Position numbers and translations under genes: made by a program. The notes below the pieces were generated by a model. That model ran no database searches, was not told the DNA's origin, and saw only the letters and a program-made list of their open reading frames with translations. From the human T2T-CHM13v2.0 reference genome, Homo sapiens: a DNA stretch of 64,000 nt. Positions 29,124 to 41,783 of this stretch are shown in pieces; position 1 is the first letter of the stretch, and every line of letters begins with the position of its first letter. The stretch covers positions 17,120,001-17,184,000 of the forward strand of contig CP068257.2 in the NCBI GenBank assembly GCA_009914755.4, written 5' to 3'.

Positions 29124-29232
29124 GTAGCTACTTTCTGTGTTCAATTGCCTCAACAATTGAATATTTTTGTTGAATATTAAATTACAAGATGCTTTTCTTT
29201 TGTGTTTGGAATACAATATGTCTCAAATATAT

Positions 29233-29304
29233 CTCAAATGTATCCAAAATACCATTTGAGATATAATGAGATATATAAAATGGTATTTTAGATACATTTG
29301 AGAT
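29233..29304. repeat. Inverted repeat / potential hairpin: 25-bp arms (24/25 complementary) separated by about 20-nt AT-rich loop
   Basis: Left arm ctcaaatgtatccaaaataccattt (29233-29257); right arm aaatggtattttagatacatttgag (about 29278-29302) is its reverse complement with one mismatch. Confidence 0.7.
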
Positions 29305-30032
29305 ATATTATATTCTTTTAATATTTGATGATTTGGGGGCTAGAGCTTGGAAATGAAAATTACAATCTAAAATGTCCATTTTTACTTTCCTCCAATGCCA
29401 GTGGTCTTCATTAAGGTATAGGCAACTGACTGCTGGACTTTAATCAGATCATAAGTCCTTAGTAGTATGAGAGATGCATTGGGTACTTTAAAATTGGAGA
29501 ATACTTTTATTTTTTCCTTATTTGAGGAATTATTAATTATTGAGTAATTTTATCAATATTTGAGTATTTACTAACTCAATTACTCAAATATTTATTTTTC
29601 ACACAGAATGTGTTAAATCCTTTTGAAATCTTAGCAAAAATAAGCCTCGTCTCTTGAACGAGAAATTGATTTTCTCTACTAACAAATGGAACTTGAACCT
29701 CGATATGCGTGAGTTCAATTTTAAACTCCAAATCTATGATATTTGAGTAAGTGTTACGTTTGCCAAATTGTGTTCTTCCATCCCTAAAGCTATTAGTTCC
29801 AAGTCCTGCCAATAGGAAGATCAAAGAAATACAAAGAAAAAAATCAATATATGATTGAGCTTCTTCACCCCATCTTCATTAAGAGAATACATAGTATAAT
29901 TTAATTCTGCAGCATATATTTGAAAATGGACAACCAAAGGTGCTACTAAAATTGAGCATTGTCTGATTCTAACTCTTTTGGAAAGCGGTCTTTTTAACTT
30001 GGCCAAGTCTATAATGATGGTAAACACACTAA

Positions 30033-30059
30033 ACACACACACACACACACACACACACA
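30033..30059. repeat. (CA)n microsatellite, about 13 units
   Basis: cacacacacacacacacacacacaca. Confidence 0.9.
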
Positions 30060-30665
30060 GCTATATAAAACCTAGTGTTGTTAATAAGAATAAAATGAAC
30101 ACCAAGGAATTCCTCATCCAAATTAAGAGATCCCTTATGTTGATGTCAGTCCCTTTCTCTGATAATATATTCTTCCTCCTCACCAGGGTTAAACACTATC
30201 CTTCTTTTTCCTTTAATCATTCTGATTTTTTTCAGTTTTTCACTCATGCATTTTTTTCTGAGGCATTCATTGTTAGGTATGGCATGGCTTTAAATTTTGT
30301 GTAAGTTCAATCATACTTTATGTATTCTGTTATTTTCACCTTGTTGCTCTGTATAGTTTTATATAGTTCATTTTCAGTTCTGAATACTACTCTACTGTAT
30401 CAATATAGCCAAAATGTCTTCTCATTCTAGTCTTGATGGATATTGGGATATCCTCAGTATGTTACTAAGATAAACAATGGCACTATGAATTATATTGTGC
30501 TTTCAACAGAATACACATGCATAAATTTATCTCAACCAAATACTTATAAATGGAATTGCTCCACTTTACTAAGAGTTGTTAAAGTATTATTCCAAGAACA
30601 TTTCCTAGCCTACTCTTTACATAGCTGTGTATAAAAGCTCTCCTTGCTGTGCTTACTTGTGAATA

Positions 30666-30744
30666 TTAGGTTGGTGCAAAAGTAATTGTGGTTTTTGCTG
30701 TTATCTGCAATGGCAAAAAATGCATTACTTTTGCACCAACCTGA
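30666..30744. mobile_element. MADE1 (Hsmar1-derived mariner MITE), about 79-bp palindromic element; candidate mir-548-family hairpin
   Basis: ttaggttggtgcaaaagtaattgtggtttttgctgttatctgcaatggcaaaaaatgcattacttttgcaccaacctga matches MADE1 consensus TTAGGTTGGTGCAAAAGTAATTGCGGTTTTTGCCATT...AATGGCAAAAACCGCAATTACTTTTGCACCAACCTAA; 5' arm aaaagtaattgtggtttttgc is identical or near-identical to miR-548 5p-type mature sequences as I recall them. Confidence 0.85.
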
Positions 30745-30761
30745 AATTTAATATTGTAGAT

Positions 30762-31132
30762 TGATATGGTTTGGCTGCGTTCCCAGCCAAATCTCATCTT
30801 GAATTGTAGTTCCCATAATCCGCAAATGTAGTGGGAGGGACGCAGTGTGAGGTGATTGAATCATGAGGTCCGTTACTCCCATGCTGCTGTTCTGGTGATA
30901 GTGAGTTCTCAGGAGATCTGATGGTTTTATAGCAGGCTTTTCCCCCTTTTGCTCTGCACTTCTCTTTGTTGCTGCCATGTGAAGGACATGGTTGCTTCCT
31001 TTTCCACCATGATTGTAAGTTTCCTGAGGCCTCCCCCACCATGCTGAACTGTGAGTCAATTAAACCTGTTTCCTTTGTAAATTACACAGTCTCAAGTATG
31101 TCCTTATTAGCAGCATGAGAACAAATACCTAG
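30762..31132 (+). mobile_element. Solo MaLR LTR (THE1/MST-type), sense
   Basis: tgatatggtttggctgcgttcccagccaaatctcatcttgaattgtagttcccataatccgc...ccaccatgctgaactgtgagtcaattaaacctgtttcctttgtaaattacacagtctcaagtatgtccttattagcagcatgagaacaaatacc. Confidence 0.85.
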
Positions 31133-31404
31133 ATCTTTAAAACGTGTTGAATAACATAATAAAATTGTATCTCAGAATTTTAAAATGAATCTCTCAATTT
31201 AATTGAACAGAAATTCATTTTTATCACATCATTTTATGATTTAATACATGTATGATACTTTTAAAAATTTTATTTTTTAAAGCTGAGTTTTCTTTCTTAT
31301 TAATCATAGCAATACTTTACATATTCTTGGTGTAAGTACATTGTGATGTAGATCAAAAACATCTTCTCCTAATTTAATATTTTTAAAGTATTCCATTGTA
31401 AAGC

Positions 31405-31641
31405 TTTTTTTTTTTTTTTTGGAGACAGTCTCGCTCTGCCGCCAGGCTGGAATGCAGTGGCGCGATCTTCGCTCACTGCTAACTCCGCCTCCCGGGTTCA
31501 CGCTATTCTCCTCCCTCAGCCTCCCTAGAGACGGGGTTTCACCGTGTTAGCCAGGATGGTCTCGATCTCCTGATCTCGTGTTCTGCCCGCCTCAGCCTCC
31601 CAAAGTGCTGGGATTACAGGCACGAGCCACCGTGCCCGGCC
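31405..31641 (-). mobile_element. AluY-like element, antisense, with about 55-bp internal deletion
   Basis: tttttttttttttttggagacagtctcgctctgccgccaggctggaatgcagtggcgcgatcttcgctcactgc...cctcagcctccc|tagagacggggtttcaccgtgttagccaggatggtctcgatctcctgatctcgtg..ggcacgagccaccgtgcccggcc; the segment gagtagctgggactacaggcgcccgccaccacgcccggctaattttttgtattttt expected between cctccc and tagagacgg is absent. Confidence 0.9.
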
Positions 31642-32539
31642 TGTAATGAATTTTATTTAAAAAAAAATTGTAACTTTATGCTCAAATCAATTTTACTTTA
31701 AATTTTAATGGTACTATTGAAGCATTTGCCTAGGAAACATTTGTGCAATATGTAGATTTCTGTAATTATTTATTCACTTTTCCTTTATAATTTGCATTTT
31801 CAGAGTCACATTTAAGATATTATTTCCTACACTAAAGATTTGAAAATATTTTCTTGTGTTTTTAAAAAATGTTCTTAATGTGGTATTTTGCATTAGTGTA
31901 TTGAATATCCCTTTAATTGATTTTTGACTATGGTATAAAGTATGAATCGAAATTAATTTATTTCCATATTAGCCCATTTTCCCAAGACTAAGAAAAATCT
32001 GCCCTTTCACTACAAATATAAAATATTCCTGTGTTATTGATCAAGTACACGTATGTTTCTGGACTTCTTATTGTGTTCCATTAGTCTATTTATACTTATA
32101 TACAGTATATTACTGTGTAGTATACTATATAGTATACTATTTATATAGTATAAATACCATATATACTATTTATAGCTGCATATAGCTTTACAATGAGTTT
32201 TGATAACTGACATTGAAATAACTTACAAAGACTTATTGTCTTCTTTTTCTTCTTGAAGTATGTTTCAGATATAGCTTGTCAAAGGCACTTCCACATCAAT
32301 TTTAGAATTATCTTATTAAGAAACTCTCTCACACACAGACACACACACACACTGTCAGTATTAAGTTGAAATTCAGTTGAAATCTCACTGAGTCTACATG
32401 TCAGTTTGGAGAAAACTTTCATATAGTAATACAGTACATGAAGATGTATATCCTTCTATTTAATTACATCTTCTAAAGTAGAAAAATTTTATATGTTTTT
32501 CTAATTGTTTTTAAAATATTTCGTGATAAATTAATACCT

Positions 32540-34012
<1,473 letters not shown>

Positions 34013-36080
34013 ATTACATTTTTCTATTTTAATAATAGTTTTATTTTTCATCTGTGACAGGTACATATAAATGCAACAAATTTGCTTGTTAGATCTTATT
34101 ACTCAGACTCCTTTCCAGATTCCTAATTGTTTCTAATTATTTACTTATAGATTATTTTTAATTTTTATGTGAATGATTATAACATCTATGAAATATGTAT
34201 AAGTATCAGGTATTCCTTTTCACTCATTTCATAACTTTTTCATGTCTTGTGCTTGCAGTGGTATCCCAGAAAATGTTCCATAGATGTGAAAATGACAAAC
34301 ACACTTACATATATAGGCAGTATCAACAGAATTCCTGCAATATTTCACCATTAAATGTGATGTTTTTGTCATTATTGCTTTTGTTATTGTTGTTTTTTGT
34401 AGCCACAACTTATGATATTGACTGAATTCCTTTCTAATTCTAGTTTCTAAAAATTTTACCATAATTAAGATATTTTACTTTTACATGACTTTTTGGCATC
34501 TATTGAGGTAATCATTAGATTTTTCTCCATTAACTTATAAATATTATGAATCATACTACTTTTTTTAATGTACAAACCTTGCATTTCTGGAACTATCCCA
34601 TTTGGTCATAATATTATCTTTTGAAATACATTTTTAGATTTTATTAGCTAATATATTCAGAGGCATTAATTTTGTGGCATTAATTTTGATGAGTCTGTAC
34701 AAAGTGCTTTTAATTTTTTCTCAAGTTCTGTTTTTCTTGTATAGAGTTAAAAGTTATGCTAACATAAAATGAGTTGGAGAATTTTATTTCTTTTTTTTGG
34801 GGGGGGTTAATTTTGTGAATTTAGAGCTACTTAAGTCTTTAATGCTTAACAGAACTGCATGGTAAGATTATCTGGCTATGGAATTGTTCCTTATGGGTGA
34901 TTTGTGATTGCTGATACAAAGTATTTAATCTTATAAGATAATTAAGAGTTTTTATGTCGTCTTTGTTTAGAAAAAGTTGTGATTTTTACATACATAAACA
35001 ACAGTCAAATCTACTGACATAAACGTATTATTTCTTTTTATTTACCTTTTAAATATCTACACCATTTATAATTATGACATACATAAGCTCTCAGTATTTT
35101 CTATTTCTAATATTGTTTATTTATGTTGTCTTTTTAGTGTGATTTAAATCATTTTTAAAATGTTTTTTCATTTCTTTTTTGGTTTTCCAAGATCCAACTT
35201 TTGTTTCTTGATCTCTTCTACTGTATTTTTAATATCTTTTGTTTTAATTCTAGGGTATAACTTTAATATTTACATATTTATATTTATTCCAAAGATCATT
35301 TTATTGTTATTTGTCTAACTAGTACAGTGGATCTTTTGATCATTAATTTTTAGTTTTCCTTTCTTCCTACCATAAGTAATTAGGATTAAAAATGTACTTT
35401 ACTGTTATAAGTAGAGAAAGCTAGAAGCAAGTTCAATTGGATTTTTTAAATTTAGCCAAAAGCTGCTTCCTTATATATGTTTGGCCTAAAGATTTCTCCA
35501 TACATAGTGAACTGTAACTCAACCTAATGTATAAAAAGACTGTAACCTACTGTTGTGTCAGTCACAGAGTTTCAGGCAATCAAAGGTGGCCAACTGTTCT
35601 AACTGCCAAGCTGTAACCAATCCAGCTGTTTCTGCACCTCACTTCCATTTTCTGTGCATCACTTTCCTTTTTCTGTCCATAAATCAACCCTGCAGCAGGG
35701 TTGCAGCCTCTCTGAACCTGTTCTGGTTCAGGGGCTGCCCAATTTGTAAATCATATTTTGTTCAATTAAACTCTGCTAAATTAGTTTGTCTAAGGTTTTT
35801 CTTTTTACAGATTGGAGGAACAAGGTAGCAGAGGCCTGATAATAAAGGGCTTTGTGGTCATTAAAAATTCATAATTTACCCAAGATGGTGACAAGTCAGG
35901 AAAAGGTTCATCAGAGAAATTATATGAGCAGATCTGTGTTTTTGAAAGATCATTATGGTTTAATATTGAGAGAAGAATGAAGGATCTAAACTGGAAGTAA
36001 AAAATTCAATGTTTCAGAAGATAGTAACCTAGAATATTGAGCGTGTCTGGAAGGTGGAAAAAACTACATGTTGGACATTA

Positions 36081-36429
<349 letters not shown>

Positions 36430-36899
36430 TTAAAAAAAATGGACTATAATTTAGTGATTGGCTGGAAGTTGGTCTGAGAATGAGAAAAGAAAATTGCTAA
36501 CTCCCATAATCCTGACTGGACAACTATTTGTATTGCATTGTGAGGCCATGCACTGAAGGCATAGAAACACAGGAAAAATGTGAAAAATGTTGTGGTGAAA
36601 AGATGGTGCATCCTGTGTAGGAAGATGTTTGAGTTTTAGGTTACTGTAAATTATGGAAATGCAATAAGCATTTGGCAATGTTGGCAGAGAGGTAGGAAAG
36701 TAACCACTGGCTATACATTTAGATTCTAAAGTAATGAAAGTGGAAATCTTCAGAATAATAAGAAGAGATTAGCATTAAGCTCTGAGGGATATCAATGAAG
36801 GTAAGAGCTGAAGAAGAGAGTTTGCAGAGGGCAGTGAAATAGAGTTACTCAATACAAGATAAAGACCAGGACAGTGTGGAGCCATGAGAACAAAGGTAG

Positions 36900-39190
36900 T
36901 GATATGGTTTGGCTCTGTGTCCTCACACAAATCTCATCCTGTAGCTCCCATAATTCCCATGTGTTGTGGGAGAGACCAGTGGGAGATGATTGAATCATGA
37001 AGAGGAGTCTTTCCCATTCTGTTCTCATGATAGTGAATGGATTTTACGAGATCTTATGGTTTTAAAAACGGTAGTTTCCCTGCACAAGCTCTCTTTTTGC
37101 CTGCCACAATCCATTCAAGATATGACTTGCTCCTCCTTCCCTTCTGCCATGATTGTGAGGCTTCCCCAGCCACGTGGAGCTGGGAGTTCCCCATTAAACC
37201 CCTTTCCTTTGTAAATTGTCCAGTCTTGAGTATGTCTTTATTGGCAGTATGAAAATGAACTAATACAGTAAATTGGTACCAGTAGAATGGGGCACTATTG
37301 AAAAGATACCTGAAAATGTGGAAGTGACTTTGGAACTGAGTAACAGGCAGAGGCTGGAACAGTTTGGAGGGCTCAGAAGAAGACAGAAAAATGTGGGAAA
37401 GTTTGGGACTTCCTAGAGACTTGTAGAATGGCTTTGCCCAAAATGCTGATAGTGATACGGACAATAAAGTCCAGGATGAGGTGGTCTCAAATGAAGATGA
37501 GAAACGTGTTGGGAACTGGAGTAAAAGTGACTCTTGTGATGTTGTAGCAAAGAGACTGGCAGCATTTTGCCCCAGCCCTAAAGATTTGTGGAACTTTGAA
37601 CTTGAGAGAGATGATTTAGGGAATCTGGGGGAAGAAATTTCTAAGCAGCAAAGCATTCAAGAGGTGACTTGGGTGCTGCCAAAGGCATTCGGTTTTATAA
37701 GGGAAGCAGAACATAAAGTTCAGAAAATTGGCAACCTGACAATGCAATAGAAAGGAAAATTCTATTTTCTGAGAAGAAATTCAAGCTGGCTGCAGAGGAG
37801 CGGAATGTTAATCTCCAAGACAATGGGAAAAATGTCTCCAGGGCATGTCAGAGGTCTTCATGGCACCCCATCCTATCAAAGGTCTGGAGGCCTAGGAGGA
37901 AAAAGTGATTTCAGAGGCCAGGCCCTGGGTCCCCATGCTGTGTTCAGCCTAGGGACTTGGTGCTCTCCATCCCAGCTGCTCCAGCTGTGGCTGAAAGGGG
38001 CCAACCTAGAGCTCAGGCCATGGCTTCAGAGGGTGGAGGCCCCAAGCCTTGGCAGCTTCCACGTGGTGTTGAGCCTGCCAGTACACAGAAGTCAAGAATT
38101 GGGTTTGGGAACCTCTGCCTAGATTTCAGATGTATGGAAATGCCTGGATACCCAGGCAGAGGTTTGCTGCAGGGATGAGGCCCTCATGGAGAATCTCTGC
38201 TATGGCAGTGAGAAAGGGAAATGTGGGATTGGAGCCCCCACACAGAGTCCCTAATGGGGCACCACCTAGTGGATCTGTGAGAAGAGCGCCACCCTCCTCC
38301 AGACCACAGGATGATAGATCCACCGACAGCTTGCATCGTGCATGTGCCTGAAAAAGCCGCGGACATTCAATGCCAGCCCATGAAAGCAGCTTGAAGGGAG
38401 GCTGTACCCTGCAAAGCCACAGGGGCAGAGCTGCCCAAGACTATGGAAACCCACCTCTTGCATCAGCATGACCTGAATGTGAGACATGGAGTCAGAGGAG
38501 ATTACTTTGGAGCTTTAAAATTTGACTGCCCCACTGGATTTCAGACTTGCGTGGGGACTGTAGCCCCTTTGTTTTGGCCAATTTCTCCCATTTGGAATGG
38601 CTGTGTTTATCCAATGCCTGTACCTCCATTGTATCTAGGAAGTAACTAACTTGCTTTTGATTTTACAGGCTCATAGGTGGAAGCGGCTTGTCTTGTCTCA
38701 GATGAGACTTTGCACTTTTGAGTTAATGCTGAAATAAGTTGAGACTTTTGGGGACTGTTGGGAAGGCACAATTGGTTTTGAAATGTGAAGATATGAGATT
38801 TGGAAAGGGTTAGGAGCAGAATGATATGGTTTGGCTCTGTGTCCCCAACCAAATCTCATCTTGTAGCACCCATACTTCCCACATGCTGTGAGAGGGACCC
38901 AGTGGGAGATGATTGAATCATGGGGGCGGGTCTTTCCTGTGCTGCTCTCATGATAGTGAATGTGTCTCATGAATCCAGTGGTTTTTACAAAGGGGTTTTC
39001 TCTGCACAGGCTTTCTGTTTTTCCTGCCGCTATCCAAGTCAGATGCAACTTGCTCCTCCTTCCCTTCTGCCATGATTGTGAGGCTTCCCCAGCCATGTGG
39101 AACTGTGAGTTCTCCATTAAACCTCTTTCCTTTTTAAATTGCCCAGTCTCAGGTATGTCTTCATCAGCAGTGTGAAAACAGACTAATACA
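36900..39190 (+). mobile_element. Complete ERVL-MaLR element (THE1/MST-type): 5' LTR 36900-37267, internal 37268-38821, 3' LTR 38822-39190
   Basis: Both LTRs start tgatatggtttggctctgtgtcc and end ..gtatgtctt(t/c)at..gcagt(a/g)tgaaaa..actaataca; LTRs share private variants (ctcatc(c/t)tgtagc deletion relative to consensus) but are about 85% identical to each other, indicating an old insertion; internal region carries THE1/MST-int motifs (aaagatacctgaaaatgtggaagtgactttggaactgagtaacaggcagaggctggaacagtttggagggctcagaagaagacag...). Confidence 0.85.
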
Positions 39191-40468
39191 GGCATCTGTG
39201 TTTTCAGAAAGATAAAGTGGCAAATAGTATTAACTACTGCAATAATTTGAACAATATTCAGTATATAATGTTTATAAAACACAGTGACATTGGCATTCTA
39301 TTTGAATATTTTGAAAGTAATTTCAGTGGAATAAGTAAGAATCTTCATGGGAATTGGATAAGAAGTGAATAAAGCTAAGAAAATGGAAATAACTACTATG
39401 AGCATCATTTTCAAAGACGTAGGCTTTGAGGAAAATGGGAGACCCATGGCAATCGACGGAAGAGAGTTTGGTGGTAAGAGAGGGCAGTTTCAGAGATATT
39501 TGAAAATTTTTGAATACTCATGGAAATAAGTTTTAGAAATGGGAAATACTGAAGACACTGGAAAGGAGAAAAATAATGAATTGAGTCGCTTTTGAGATGG
39601 CAGTAGATCAGATATAGAAACTGAGTGGAGGAAAAACCTTGTACATGATGTAAGTTCATTCATCAGGTATTGGTTTTGTTTATGTGAAGAGAAGAGCATT
39701 TCTTCCCAGTTATTTAAGCCCTTTCTGGTGAAGGCAAAGTCATCTCCCAATAGTATTGAAGAAGTTTGAAAATTTTGAATCATACGGTGAGTGTAGAATA
39801 AAGAGTTATTGAGAACTAGAGAGTACTGATTGGAAAAAATACAGTAGGGTTGATAAGAAATACTGAGGGTCTGCTTGAAGTTGGTGACAATGAATTTAAT
39901 CTAAATGACTTAGTGTTTGTCTCTAGCACCACTCAACATCTTAAGTGTGTCCACAAAGATAAAAATAATTGGATTAATCCTGTATGAGAAAAATTATTCT
40001 ATTTGGAAGGACATGCTACCTATATTTAGAAAAATAAATATGGGATTTGTCAACGATAGGGATACATAGAAGGACGGTATGTATTGGGGGTGGAAAACTT
40101 GGATCTTGAGTACAATTAACCACATAAATTGTAAGAAATGATGTTATGGTCAGTCAGTTTCTATTAATTTGTCATTTAAAAAGTGGATCTGTTGAAGACA
40201 AGAAGCTTCATGTTGAGCTAAAGGTGTAGAAGTATAAAAGAAAATAGAAAATATTGCCATTGCAAACATTAAATCAAAGCATTGAAATTTAGTGAATTAG
40301 AACCATTTCTAAGTACATTAACATTAAATTCACTGGAGGTTTTAGACCAGCTTTGAATACTGAGTAATCTGGTTAGGCAAGTACCATAGTCTTCAATACA
40401 TACATGGGGATGCCAAAAAGATGAGTAGCCAGAAACAGAGAAGTTGTCAATATTAGTACACCAAATAG

Positions 40469-40758
<290 letters not shown>

Positions 40759-41338
40759 AGTTTACTTTTAAAAAATGGAGTGTGACACGAAATGGTGAAA
40801 TTTGGAAGCAACCGTTCAGAGTGAGGCAGATAACTTTGAGGTTGATGAGATATGGAAAAATGAACAACCTTTATTTTGATACTCTGGTAGGATTAGAAAG
40901 AACTGACGAAAAATAATACATATTTTAAAGAAGTTCATATTTATAAGAGATAACTGCTAAATATTTTACTGATATTAGGGAATGTATTAGTTATGATGTG
41001 AGAATTCCACAGGAAACAAACATAGATTTAGTAATGAGAGGAAGAGTAAATGTGTTCCGGATAGATCAACACAGAGCAAAGTTGAGATGTGAGTATGAGA
41101 GATGTATGAGGTACTGAGATGTTAAAGAAGACCAAACCAAGAGGTTCCAGGCAGAGTAAGAATGGAGATCCTGAGGTTATTCAGATAAGCATACTTGGTA
41201 TTACTACTTCCCACTATTAAATAGTTGAGGTAAGTGGGTTAATAGGACTGTTAGTGCCAGCCCCTAGGTGGCATAGGAGTACCTTGGAATAGAAAGGGTT
41301 GCTGTAGTTAAAGCTTTGGTTATATGGTGGCTGAATAA

Positions 41339-41783
<445 letters not shown>

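Noticed and set aside
37054-39282. 200-aa and 194-aa minus-strand ORFs
   Set aside because: Both lie inside the THE1/MST MaLR element, antisense to it, and are low-complexity (Ser/Leu/Phe-rich). MaLR-int has no coding capacity and no homology was recognised.
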